Part shown: piece after piece, positions 20,316 to 30,491 of the stretch | Numbering within the stretch: the stretch's first letter is position 1 | Layout of the letters: the number at the start of each line of letters is the position of its first letter | Assembly: GCA_019058245.1 (NCBI GenBank) | Contig: JAHPZJ010000029.1 | Coordinates: 29,708 to 67,186, forward strand | Source of the DNA: Promethearchaeota archaeon | GTDB lineage: Archaea; Asgardarchaeota; Lokiarchaeia; Sigyniarchaeales; SOKP01 | Direction: 5' to 3' | Length of the DNA stretch: 37,479 nt | Program-made: the position numbers and the translations under genes | The notes under the pieces: model-generated | Databases searched by the model: none | Told to the model about the DNA's origin: nothing | Seen by the model: only the letters and a program-made list of their open reading frames with translations

Positions 20316-20771
20316 ATTAGTATTGACACAAAAAGTTTCGATAATATTCTCAGCAAGATTATAAAGAGTGAAAGTGGCATTAAAAAAGTTATTTTGGTTG
20401 ACAGGACAGGATTAACTATTGCTAGTGTCTCAAAGTTTTCTTATTTCCCCGCTGATGTAGATGGTATTGGAGCAATTGCCAGTGCAGTATTCTGTGCATC
20501 AGAAGAACAAGGAAAAAATCTAGAACTTGGCAATTTAGAAATTGTAACTTCCGAATTCAGCGGAGGGAAAATCTTTGCGTCAAGCTGTGGACCTAAAGGA
20601 GTTCTCACACTCATCTCAGATCCAGATATCAACATTGGTTTAATTAGACTTATTCTGAAACGATCTGGGGATGAATTAAAGGATATATTAGATGAATTCC
20701 TATCAGAAACTGTAGAAGTTATGGATAGTGGTTTGGATCTATCTGATCTTGACTCTTTGACACCTGATTAG
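20316..20771 (+). CDS. Roadblock/LC7 (MglB/LAMTOR-like) protein
   Basis: VILVDRTGLTIAS...GAIASA...NIGLIRL. The first helix (FDNILSKII) lies upstream of the called TTG; probable ATT start after AGGTG. Confidence 0.85.
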   Translation: MSIDTKSFDNILSKIIKSESGIKKVILVDRTGLTIASVSKFSYFPADVDGIGAIASAVFCASEEQGKNLELGNLEIVTSEFSGGKIFASSCGPKGVLTLISDPDINIGLIRLILKRSGDELKDILDEFLSETVEVMDSGLDLSDLDSLTPD

Positions 20772-21056
20772 GATATACAAAAATTAAATTTTTCTTTACT
20801 ACACTTCCATAAAGGATTTAGATTCATCCTGAAATCATATTTTTCAAAATAAAAAATATTCATCATTTTTGGGTATAAATTATTCAATTTATTTAAGCTA
20901 TGGTTGAAGATATAAGAAGTTCAGTTTTTAACCTCAATAAAATTTAAATACATAATTTTCTGTTTAAGCATTAAATCAGAAACTAAATATATATCCCGAA
21001 ATCACATAGACATATAACTTGATTGTTATATTTAAGCAAGATGGGATGAAATTCAA

Positions 21057-22016
21057 TTGGAAGAATCTCAGATCTTTTATAAAAAGAAGAAAGAGTCTAA
21101 ATATGGGCCATATAAGATTCTATTCACAGGATTAGACGGAGCGGGTAAAACAAGCATAATATTAACTCTTGGAAGGCAGTTATCAAAGATAAGTAAAATT
21201 GAACCAACTAAGGGAGCACAAAGAACAAGCTTTAAATTATTGGGAAGAGAAATAAGTGAATGGGACTTAGGAGGGCAAAAGAGTTATCTTATTTCATACT
21301 TAAAAAGTCCTAGTAAATACTTCGATAAAACAGAAATTGCGATATATGTTATAGATGTATTAGATGATTCTCGGATAATTGAATCTATAAGTTATTTGTA
21401 TGATGTAATTAATAAGTTTAAAGAATTGAAAATTAATCCTCCCCTCAATATATTCTTTCATAAATATGATCCTCAACTAATGAATAATCTTACCCTCAAA
21501 AGTCAAATAGATGATGTAATGAAAGAAATATGGGAAACCGTGGAATATAAAAAACTATATTTTTTTCGTACATCTATATATGATCCATTTGCCTTAATGA
21601 GTACGTTATCTAAGATCTTATTAGAATTATATCCAAAATCAGATTTAATTCAGAAAACTATTGAAGAATTCGCGAAAAAATTAGACTGTGATGGATTAAT
21701 TATAATCGATAAAAATTCAATTATTTTGGGGTCCCATTTTAAAGATGATGATTCAAAACAATTGCTAAGCAAAACAATTGCTTACTTTCTAACGTTAAAT
21801 GATGTATTTGTTGATATGAATTTAGAAGAACAGAAGGATCAAATAATAGTTAGAAAATCACAAAATCATTTTTTATTTAAACCCATCATATTTCAAGAAA
21901 GTAAGATATCATATTATATGCTTATTCTGAAAAGACGTAATCCCTTTGATCTTTATTTCATTAATAAAGATTTTCCTGCATTTGTCAATGTTTTCAAGGA
22001 TATAATTTTAAGTTAA
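21057..22016 (+). CDS. Rag/Gtr-like (Arf-like) small GTPase with C-terminal roadblock-like domain
   Basis: GLDGAGKT, PT, WDLGGQ, Rag-type HKYD (G4) and TSI (G5); C-terminal LIIIDKNSIILGS. Confidence 0.85.
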   Translation: MEESQIFYKKKKESKYGPYKILFTGLDGAGKTSIILTLGRQLSKISKIEPTKGAQRTSFKLLGREISEWDLGGQKSYLISYLKSPSKYFDKTEIAIYVIDVLDDSRIIESISYLYDVINKFKELKINPPLNIFFHKYDPQLMNNLTLKSQIDDVMKEIWETVEYKKLYFFRTSIYDPFALMSTLSKILLELYPKSDLIQKTIEEFAKKLDCDGLIIIDKNSIILGSHFKDDDSKQLLSKTIAYFLTLNDVFVDMNLEEQKDQIIVRKSQNHFLFKPIIFQESKISYYMLILKRRNPFDLYFINKDFPAFVNVFKDIILS

Positions 22017-22079
22017 AATTTTAAAGATGAAATATAAACATCAATAAAGTTTATCAACAACTACAATCTAAAGAAATTT

Positions 22080-23027
22080 ATGTCATTTGATTTTGTAAAA
22101 AAATTAGATTTTGAATCTGAATTTTTCAATCTGTATAAAATTTCAGAAAGCGCATATGCAGCAATTTGTAAAGAAGATTCTTCGATGAGAGCAAATGCGG
22201 GATTTATAGATATTGGAGATTATTTGATAATCGTTGATACTACTATGAGTATAGGAGCTGCTAAAGATCTTATAAAAGCCGCTACCCACTATACTCAAAA
22301 GGAACCAAATTTTATTGTAATAACTCATTATCATTTGGATCATATAATGGGAAATTCATTATTGGATGTATCAACACAAATAATGACATCAGATCGAACT
22401 CTTAAAAATCTTCAAACAGAAGGTAGAAAAAGAATCGAAGATATAAAGAAGATGGATCTAAAAAAGCTGGAATCCTCTCTTAATAAAGTTACAGATGAGG
22501 TACAAAGAAAACGAGGAGAAATTGAATTAGCTGTTGCAAAAACTATTCAATCAGAGGGATTTACTATTCGAGAACCCAATATTACATTTAAAACAGGTTG
22601 TGTTATTCATGGAAATAATAAGAATGTTCATTTGCGTACATTTCAAAAAGCACATACAGATGGAGATGTTATAGTATACATTCCTGAGGAAAAAATACTT
22701 TTTACTGGAGATCTTCTGTTTGCGAGAACTGATCCTTGGTTAGGCTCCGGAGATCCTGAAGGGTGGATTTCCTTATCTGAGGAATTATTCACAATAGATT
22801 TTAAAATTGCTGTACCTGGACATGGAGAATTAGCATCTAAGGACGAATTTACCTTACAAAGTAAATATATCGAGGAAATTCTTAGAATTGTGAAAAAAAA
22901 GATAGATGCTGGAGAAGATCCAACCACGATAAAAAGGGAACATTTTTCTGAGGAGTTCCAATCATGGAAGAGTCCAATTTTTCAAAGGAATATTGAATTC
23001 CTTTCAGAATATTTAAAAAAATCTTAA
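22080..23027 (+). CDS. Metallo-beta-lactamase fold hydrolase (cyclase-like)
   Basis: THYHLDHIMGN, AHTDGD, FTGDL, PGHG. Confidence 0.92.
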   Translation: MSFDFVKKLDFESEFFNLYKISESAYAAICKEDSSMRANAGFIDIGDYLIIVDTTMSIGAAKDLIKAATHYTQKEPNFIVITHYHLDHIMGNSLLDVSTQIMTSDRTLKNLQTEGRKRIEDIKKMDLKKLESSLNKVTDEVQRKRGEIELAVAKTIQSEGFTIREPNITFKTGCVIHGNNKNVHLRTFQKAHTDGDVIVYIPEEKILFTGDLLFARTDPWLGSGDPEGWISLSEELFTIDFKIAVPGHGELASKDEFTLQSKYIEEILRIVKKKIDAGEDPTTIKREHFSEEFQSWKSPIFQRNIEFLSEYLKKS

Positions 23028-23055
23028 TTTTTTTTAGTTTAAAATTAGTTATATA

Positions 23056-24102
23056 CTAAAAAGGCTTAGTTCCCTTCACAATTTTATAATAACGATCCCG
23101 TTCTTCTCGTATAATTTTAATATCATTTTGTAAATCATTTAATAATCGTCTCATATTCTCTTTCTCGTTCGTTACACCCAAAATTTTATCTTTTAATTGC
23201 TGTATTTCGAGTTCTAATTCTGGAATTGTACCACTCTCCCTCTTTGCTTTCAACTCTTGAAATTTTAAATTTTTATTAGTTTCCTTTAAATTATCAATTT
23301 CTTGCTTTAAAGTCTCATTTTCCATTTTAATCCGTTTAATTTCTGATAGTAATTGTTCAGCACCTTTTTCAATTTCTGTGGTATCACCTAATTTAGCTTT
23401 TAAATTTTTAATTCTCTCGTCCTTCTGGTCTAAAGCCATTTTTTGTACATTTGTTAATCTAGTTAATTCTCTGTTTTTTGAGGTTAATGTTGCATTATAT
23501 TCGCTTAATTCAGCCATTTGGGTACCCCAATTCTCTAATTTTGAATATAATTCAGCAACTTCTCTTTTTAAATCTTCAACGTTTCGAAGATGTTCTGATC
23601 TATCAGATACTAATAGAGATACTTTTTGAGCTAGATCATCTATTTTTTCCTTCTTATCTCCTATTTCTTGTTCAAATTCTTCTCTTTCCTGCCAATATGC
23701 ATCTAATTCACCTTTTTCTAATAATTCGTAGGATCTAGCAATTAAATCTTTAAATTTTTTCTCCTTTCTTTTAGGTAATAATTCAAAAGCGATCCTTCTT
23801 ATTTGGCCCTCAAAATTTCTTGGAAGGATATCTTCGTCAGAAAGAAATACTGTAATTACATGATCCCCTTTCCCTATAAAATGTTTAGAGGAATGACCTG
23901 TAAAAAAGCTAGCAACACTTAGATCACGTTTGATTTGCATTTCAAGATAATTAGGACCTGTTTTAACTCTTTTATGCTCATCAAAGACAGTTTCTAACAT
24001 TGATTCTGTTACACCTAACTCTTCACTTACATTTGGGGGATATTCAATATCTATGGAGAGCTCTGATTTTTTGTCTAGATTCAGTATTACAAGTCCTTTC
24101 AA
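23056..24102 (-). CDS. Longin-like N-terminal domain plus long coiled coil
   Basis: GLVILNLDKKSELSIDIEYPP and SVASFFTG (compare NVSSYFTG in 13397-14524); about 200 aa of heptads. Confidence 0.6.
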   Translation of the reverse strand: MKGLVILNLDKKSELSIDIEYPPNVSEELGVTESMLETVFDEHKRVKTGPNYLEMQIKRDLSVASFFTGHSSKHFIGKGDHVITVFLSDEDILPRNFEGQIRRIAFELLPKRKEKKFKDLIARSYELLEKGELDAYWQEREEFEQEIGDKKEKIDDLAQKVSLLVSDRSEHLRNVEDLKREVAELYSKLENWGTQMAELSEYNATLTSKNRELTRLTNVQKMALDQKDERIKNLKAKLGDTTEIEKGAEQLLSEIKRIKMENETLKQEIDNLKETNKNLKFQELKAKRESGTIPELELEIQQLKDKILGVTNEKENMRRLLNDLQNDIKIIREERDRYYKIVKGTKPF

Positions 24103-24216
24103 GATGCAAACCTATAATATATAACTTTATTTTAATAGATATTTACAATAATAATATGTTATCTTACATTATTTAATATTAGAGATGATATTTCATCTTT
24201 AGTAATTTTTTAAAGT

Positions 24217-25764
24217 CTAAGTATAAATGTGTGAAAACGTCTCTACGGTCTTTAAAACATCATTAGTTAAATAATTTTGCTTAAATGCTGAAGCAAAAAA
24301 AGCTCGATCTCCCGGATTGAAATAATTATAACCAAATTTGTTCCACTCATGACTTGGTTGCAGTGGTGTAAAAAGAGAGATTTGATCTTTTACTAGATTC
24401 ATTAAAAGTATATTTTGCTCTTTCTTAGAACTATTGAATATAGTGGTTAATAATATATCCTCACTGAATATTTCCCAAGAATGTTTAAATTGAATACAAA
24501 ATTGTTTGATGTCGAATTTGTTATCTACTATAAGTTTTGCTAAGGTCATTATAGATATATCATAAGTACTTTTCTTATTTTGTTGATATAATGGATTAGA
24601 AACAATTATACTTGGCATTGTATTTTTTTCCTTCTGAATTTGAGGAGTACTATATTCCGGTAAAATTCTTAATTGATTTAGTCCAAGGATATTTCTAACA
24701 TCTTGAATGTTTCCACCAGTATCAAAAAATTGTTTATTAATAATATACTTAATAAGCTTTTGAGCATGAACGTCTCCAAAATATGGATAATCAGAAGCAA
24801 AAAGGAGATGTTCGGACCAAGTACGATTATCTACACTCTTTTTATTTTTAGATTGAAACCACTTTCGAAAACTCTCAAAAAAATTCCCCGCACCGGCTCC
24901 ATGCAACATTGAGAGGTCACCATAAGTATTTGGTTGAACAATAGTATCATAGACTTCATAATCATCAATATTCCCTTGAGCAAAATGAGCAATTATAACT
25001 TTAAAATGCGGTAACAGATCAGGAAATTTGGACTTAATTACATTTCTAGCGGATCTAATTAATTTTCCAATTTCTAAAATTGATCCCCTGCCTCGAGTAT
25101 CAAAAATAACAGGCATTGAGTAACTGGCAGCTTCAATTAGAACATTTATAACTTTTTCAGAAGTTATTTTGTCAATATATCCTTCGGAGCGAGGATGTAA
25201 TTTTAAACCCCTTAATCCTAACTGTTCTCTAACATATTTCACTTCATTTACTGCTTTTTCCCCTTCCATTGGATCACATCGCCCATACCCAATTAATTTC
25301 ATAGAAAAAGGAAATCTTGTTGTAAATCGAGAAATATTTATATTACTTGCTCTAAATAGAGCTTCTGGGCGTTTATCTCTAAACACATCTTGGAATGGAA
25401 AGCAGACAGCTTGATCTATAAATGAATAAAACTTTGATTTTTCTTTTAGATCAGAATGTCTTTTTCCTAATTTTTCGAGTTCACTATAAAGTCTATCTGT
25501 AAATGGAAATGGTGTAAAAGACCATGAGATTTTTGTAAATTTTCCATTCATAGTAGTCGTAAAAGACTGTTCACCAGTTTTTTCCCAATCAGCTTTGATT
25601 CTACCTTGGACATTACCCCAAAAATCAAATGTTCCTACCCCAGGAGCTAATGGATTCATCATAGTTGCTCCGTCTACATCTTGACCGAGATGAGAATGAG
25701 CATCAATTATGATTAATTGCTCTGTCCATTTTTTACCATCTTGTTCTATTGTACAAGTCAGCAT
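24217..25764 (-). CDS. Amidohydrolase family (TIM barrel) protein with C-terminal extension
   Basis: IIDAHSHLG, GLRGLKLHP, IIAHF, LLFASDYPY. Confidence 0.88.
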   Translation of the reverse strand: MLTCTIEQDGKKWTEQLIIIDAHSHLGQDVDGATMMNPLAPGVGTFDFWGNVQGRIKADWEKTGEQSFTTTMNGKFTKISWSFTPFPFTDRLYSELEKLGKRHSDLKEKSKFYSFIDQAVCFPFQDVFRDKRPEALFRASNINISRFTTRFPFSMKLIGYGRCDPMEGEKAVNEVKYVREQLGLRGLKLHPRSEGYIDKITSEKVINVLIEAASYSMPVIFDTRGRGSILEIGKLIRSARNVIKSKFPDLLPHFKVIIAHFAQGNIDDYEVYDTIVQPNTYGDLSMLHGAGAGNFFESFRKWFQSKNKKSVDNRTWSEHLLFASDYPYFGDVHAQKLIKYIINKQFFDTGGNIQDVRNILGLNQLRILPEYSTPQIQKEKNTMPSIIVSNPLYQQNKKSTYDISIMTLAKLIVDNKFDIKQFCIQFKHSWEIFSEDILLTTIFNSSKKEQNILLMNLVKDQISLFTPLQPSHEWNKFGYNYFNPGDRAFFASAFKQNYLTNDVLKTVETFSHIYT

Positions 25765-25999
25765 CTTGTTTTCTAAATTTCTTTTTATTTTATTTTCCTA
25801 TTTATACCATTATTTGTTTTTAAAGCTAAAAAATATAATTGATGAAAAGATATTTAAAATAATTCCTTAAACCTAAAAGTTATGATAATTGTGCTCTAGA
25901 ATGATAAATTCTTCTGTAAATTTAATTTTATCTTAAATATTTTCTAATTATCGAATCAAAACAATCCTTTTTAAAATAAAAACCATTTTTTTTTATTAA

Positions 26000-27295
26000 A
26001 TGAACGTACCTGCAATAATATTTATCTTATTTTTATTTGCACTTTTAATGGCTTTTTTTTCTCAAGATAAATTTGACTATTTTCCTGTTGCATTGATTAT
26101 AGGAACTACTGCGGTAATTTCAATGCTAGCGTTTACTGATGTTGAAGAGGCAGAAATTATTGGATTTATCAATTTCGATACTCTCATTTTTATTTTTGCT
26201 ATGCAAATAATCATATATTTTGCAGTTAGTGACCGAGTTTTAGAATATACTGCTATAAAATTGGTTCATATTACGAAAGGAAACAATCGGTTATTCTTTT
26301 ATTTGATTTGTCTGTTTACAGGTATAATAGTTGCTTTTATAGAGGATTTAACTCTTTCATTGATATTGGTACCCTTAATCTACAGGACATGTCGAGTTTT
26401 AAAGATACCTGCTGGTACTTATATGATGGGAATGACCATTACTATAAATATTGGAGCAATTCTCACGCCTATCTCAAGTCTTAAAAATTTAATTATTGGT
26501 AAGGAGTTTGGATGGGGATTTGGAGAATATTTTGCTAATATGGGTATTCTATTTATAATCACTTTATTATTGACAATTTTCTTGATTGACAGATTTATTT
26601 TAAAAAAAGAAGAAAAACCAACTGAACGAAATAAGAAGATTTTATTAGAAATACTAGAACCTGAAATTGTTATCGAAAATAAAAAGTTCTTTTTCATGAC
26701 AATTTTCATTATTTTAACCACTTTTGTATTCATGATTATTGGAGTTAAACCTGCTCTTGCTGCAATTATCTCTGCTGCCTTTCTTCTTCTTATTCATTCT
26801 AAGAATACAAATTTTTCCGATCTTAAGGATGATATCTCTTTGAGAATTATCATTATTTTTGCGATTTTGTTTATTCTAGCTAATTCTTTGTCACGATTTG
26901 GATTTTCAGATTTGATAGCTACTGGATTAGTAAATTTGTCAAATAATAATATCTATTTAGCCGTTTTGATAGTACTATGTCTCTCCACTCTTTTGTCCGC
27001 TTTTCTAGCAGGAACACCAGTCACGATTATTCTTCTTCCAATTTTTTCAGCACTCATAGGACAAGGATTCTTTCCTAATCCGATCATCATTGCTTTCATA
27101 GCCGGTGTTAATTTGGCTGGTAATTTTTTACCACAAGGGTCAGCTTGCGATCTTCTCACTCTTTCTTTAGCTAAAAAGTATAATGTAGTGAATTTAAATT
27201 ACAAGCGTTTACTTAAAACTGGAGCACTTTTTGCATCGATTCACTTTTTATTAATTTTAGGTTATACAATGCTTTACACTTTATTTTTAAGCTAA
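26000..27295 (+). CDS. SLC13/ArsB/NhaD-superfamily transporter
   Basis: About 12 TM segments; repeated NIGAILTPISS..N and NLAGNFLPQGSA motifs. Confidence 0.85.
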   Translation: MNVPAIIFILFLFALLMAFFSQDKFDYFPVALIIGTTAVISMLAFTDVEEAEIIGFINFDTLIFIFAMQIIIYFAVSDRVLEYTAIKLVHITKGNNRLFFYLICLFTGIIVAFIEDLTLSLILVPLIYRTCRVLKIPAGTYMMGMTITINIGAILTPISSLKNLIIGKEFGWGFGEYFANMGILFIITLLLTIFLIDRFILKKEEKPTERNKKILLEILEPEIVIENKKFFFMTIFIILTTFVFMIIGVKPALAAIISAAFLLLIHSKNTNFSDLKDDISLRIIIIFAILFILANSLSRFGFSDLIATGLVNLSNNNIYLAVLIVLCLSTLLSAFLAGTPVTIILLPIFSALIGQGFFPNPIIIAFIAGVNLAGNFLPQGSACDLLTLSLAKKYNVVNLNYKRLLKTGALFASIHFLLILGYTMLYTLFLS

Positions 27296-27499
27296 GACAA
27301 CAGAGAACAAACATTCTGATCTTTATTTCTACCATGAGGATAAGGTTCTATTTACTCTTATTAGATTTATAACAAAACTTTAACTATAAATATTTAAATT
27401 GAATCAAAGAGAAGATTTATAAATAAAAGCTAGTTATGAGATAAATGATAAATCAAAAATATTTACAAACTATAATTGAAATTATAAGGAGAAATTGAA

Positions 27500-28129
27500 T
27501 TGTCTGAGGATTTAATTGGTTTAATAGTAGATTTATGTGAGAAGGAAGCTATAGACCTAGTTCAGAAAAAAATTGATGCTGGAGGAGATCCTTTAAAAAT
27601 TCTAGAACAGATTAGAACTGCTATGACTAAAGTTGGAGAAAAATTTGAGAGTAAGGAGTTCTTCCTACCAGATTTGATAATGTCTGGAGAGATTTTAAGA
27701 CAAATCACAGAAATTTTGGAACCCAAGCTTAAAGCAGATATTAAGGCCCAGAGTTTAGGAAAAATTGTATTGGGTACCGTTTTTGGTGATATACACGACA
27801 TAGGCAAGGATATTGTAAAATTCATGTTAGAATCTAATGGGTTTGAAGTTCATGATCTAGGTGTTAATGTTCCCAAAGAAAAATTTGTAGAAAAAATAAA
27901 GGAATTGGATGCAAAAATAGTAGGCTTGAGTGGGTTCCTAACCCTAGCATATGATACCATGAAAGAAACTATAGAAGAGATCAAAAATGCAGGTCTAAGA
28001 GAAAAAACAAAGATAATGATTGGTGGAGGACAAATAAATGAAGATGTAAGAAAATACGTGGGAGCAGATTCCTATGGAAAGGATGCAATTGAAGCAGTAG
28101 CCCTAGCCAAAGAATGGATAAGTGAATAG
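27500..28129 (+). CDS. Corrinoid (B12-binding) methyl-carrier protein
   Basis: VGEKFE..EFFLPDL cap domain; GDIHDIGK, LSG, IGGG. Confidence 0.93.
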   Translation: MSEDLIGLIVDLCEKEAIDLVQKKIDAGGDPLKILEQIRTAMTKVGEKFESKEFFLPDLIMSGEILRQITEILEPKLKADIKAQSLGKIVLGTVFGDIHDIGKDIVKFMLESNGFEVHDLGVNVPKEKFVEKIKELDAKIVGLSGFLTLAYDTMKETIEEIKNAGLREKTKIMIGGGQINEDVRKYVGADSYGKDAIEAVALAKEWISE

Positions 28130-28168
28130 TATTAGTCCTCAGTAGAGAAAGTTAAGGTGATAATAATA

Positions 28169-29506
28169 ATGGAAAAGAAATGGGAAAATTTATCATTAGA
28201 TGAAAAACAAGAAGAAATGTTTAAAAAATGGCTTTCACCACAAAATATTGAATTTGTAAACTCTGAAGCCGAGAAAGTTTATAAAGAAAGAGTAATGAGG
28301 ATAAAAGACGTTGTTCAATTGAAAAAAAAGCCAGATAGAGTTCCTACTGTATTAATGCTTGGCTTTTTTCCTGCCTATTATAGCGGTATATCTCCAAAAG
28401 AATCTATGTATGATTATGATAAACTTTTTGCAGCATGGAAAAAAGTGATTTTAGATTTAGAACCAGATGCTCATATAGGGTGTTTTGTACCTGGACCAGG
28501 AAAAGTTTTTGACATTCTTGATTATAGATTATACGCTTGGCCTGGCCATGGAGTCTCGCCTAACCTTTCATATCAGTGTCTTGAGGGAGAATATATGAAG
28601 GCGGATGAATATGATGCCTTTATACAAGATCCCTCTGGTTTCTTCAGAAGTGTCTACTTGCCTCGTGTATTTGGAACTTTAGATCCCTTTAAACAATTAG
28701 CACCTCTCACCAACATAATTGAATTACCATTCACAGGGGGCAATCTTTTACAATATGGGCTTCCAGATGTTCAAGAAGCTTTGAAATCCCTTATGGAAGC
28801 AGGAAGTGAGGCTTTGAAATGGGTAGAAACTCTCGGAGCGTATGATAAGGAGATGGCAGAAAATGGCTTTCCAAACTTTTTTGGTGGAGCATCAAAAGCA
28901 CCTTATGATGTAATAGGCGATACTCTCAGAGGAACTAAAGGGATTATGCTTGATATATACCGACAACCTGATAAGGTACTTAAAGCTCTTGAAATAACTG
29001 TACCATTGATGGTTAACATGGGGGTATCTATGGCTAAGATGAATGGAAATCCTATAGTATTCATACCTTTACATAAAGGAGCTGATGGATTTCTTTCTGA
29101 TGAGCAATTTAAGACATTTTATTGGCCTTCCTTTAGAAAAGTTCTCATGGGTTTAATAGAAGAAGGATGTGTACCTTTTTCTTATGTTGAGGGTGGTTTT
29201 AACTCACGTCTTGAGGTTATTAAAGATTTACCTAAAGGTAAGGCGATATGGGCTTTTGATTTAACAGATATGGAAAAAGCAAAAGAAATTTTAGGCGACT
29301 CTGCATGTGTAGGAGGTAACATGCCAATTTCTTTATTAAATTTAGGAACACCCCAAGAAGTAAAAGATTATGCTAAAAAATTAATAGATACAGTTGGTAA
29401 AGACGGTGGTTATTTGATGATGAATGGGGCAGTCATTGATGAGGCAAAGCCAGAAAATGTTAAAGCTATGATTGATTTCACCAAAGAATATGGTGTATAT
29501 AAATAA
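28169..29506 (+). CDS. Uroporphyrinogen decarboxylase-fold methyltransferase (MtaA/CmuA-like)
   Basis: PDRVP, APYD.IGDTLRG, FIPLHKG, FYWP, CVGGN, KPENVKAM; ATG at 28169 after AGGTGA; adjacent to the corrinoid gene. Confidence 0.88.
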   Translation: MEKKWENLSLDEKQEEMFKKWLSPQNIEFVNSEAEKVYKERVMRIKDVVQLKKKPDRVPTVLMLGFFPAYYSGISPKESMYDYDKLFAAWKKVILDLEPDAHIGCFVPGPGKVFDILDYRLYAWPGHGVSPNLSYQCLEGEYMKADEYDAFIQDPSGFFRSVYLPRVFGTLDPFKQLAPLTNIIELPFTGGNLLQYGLPDVQEALKSLMEAGSEALKWVETLGAYDKEMAENGFPNFFGGASKAPYDVIGDTLRGTKGIMLDIYRQPDKVLKALEITVPLMVNMGVSMAKMNGNPIVFIPLHKGADGFLSDEQFKTFYWPSFRKVLMGLIEEGCVPFSYVEGGFNSRLEVIKDLPKGKAIWAFDLTDMEKAKEILGDSACVGGNMPISLLNLGTPQEVKDYAKKLIDTVGKDGGYLMMNGAVIDEAKPENVKAMIDFTKEYGVYK

Positions 29507-29578
29507 AATAATTTCAAAATTTTCTTTTTTTTTTCAATCTGATATTTTAATACTCAAAATTATTCAAAATATTAAGGA

Positions 29579-29680
29579 TTAGGCGCTCATCTCTTTGGGA
29601 AGGGTTAATACACCAGTAAGAGGATTATTCAATGGATCCTGATAATACTGGATTGCAAATTATATCCTATCATACGATAA
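29579..29680 (-). pseudogene. Diverged remnant of the 3' end of the glutamate-cysteine-ligase-like gene
   Basis: Translates YDRI*FAIQYYQDPLNNPLTGVLTLPKEMSA*, against YDLIYFTIQYCQDPLNNPLTGTLTLPKEMRD* at the end of 30492-32153. Confidence 0.9.
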
Positions 29681-29745
29681 GTTTATCATTTTTGCTGAAG
29701 AGAAATAATTAGAAGTGAGGAGTTTCAACATTGAATTTGTGAATA

Positions 29746-30381
29746 CTAAGTTTTACTATTAGCAGAATTATTATCATTCTTATTTTGAGAACTATTTTCA
29801 ATTTTATCTAACCATTTCCTAATTGTTATTAAACTAGTATTTTGTTCATTTGCGATATCTTGAATACTTTTCCCAATATCGTAATATTGATGCTTCAACC
29901 AGTTTACATTCATATAATCGCATTTTTCCTCTAATCCCTTCCCAATTACACGTGTTTGCAAAATTCTCGCAATAATCAAGAGTGCTCCACTAATTATAGG
30001 AAAAAAAAAAGCAAAAGTAAATTTATAACCATAAGGATACATAAATGTCATTATTCCCACTAAAAGTGTAATCATATTCCATAAAAAATAAAGAATTAAA
30101 ATAACAATACCCCATTCTTGCCATTTTTCTGAAATATGATGTATGCTTTCAGAATTTTTCGAGAGGAAAATTGATCTAATTAGAAAGATTGTTATTATTA
30201 TATAAAGCAAAGATATAATTTTTTGGGAAATATCAATTATAATAGACCCAGGATTAGGAGAACCATAAATCCAATATGGTATATCAAAATATATATCATT
30301 AAATAATAGAATTGGGAAAATAAATGACAATATCATTGAAATTATCGAGCCAAATAGAAATATATACAGGATTTTCTTCAT
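29746..30381 (-). CDS. Membrane protein (~4 TM) with C-terminal HTH
   Basis: Hydrophobic segments, then WLKHQYYDIGKSIQDIANEQNTSLITIRKWL. Confidence 0.7.
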   Translation of the reverse strand: MKKILYIFLFGSIISMILSFIFPILLFNDIYFDIPYWIYGSPNPGSIIIDISQKIISLLYIIITIFLIRSIFLSKNSESIHHISEKWQEWGIVILILYFLWNMITLLVGIMTFMYPYGYKFTFAFFFPIISGALLIIARILQTRVIGKGLEEKCDYMNVNWLKHQYYDIGKSIQDIANEQNTSLITIRKWLDKIENSSQNKNDNNSANSKT

Positions 30382-30491
30382 AAATAATAAACTAGTTTAT
30401 TAAATATTTAAATTTAATCTATAAGATTAATTTATTCAATTAATAAGATTTTTAGTGTAATTGAAATCGAATTTTAGGTACGAATAATAAC

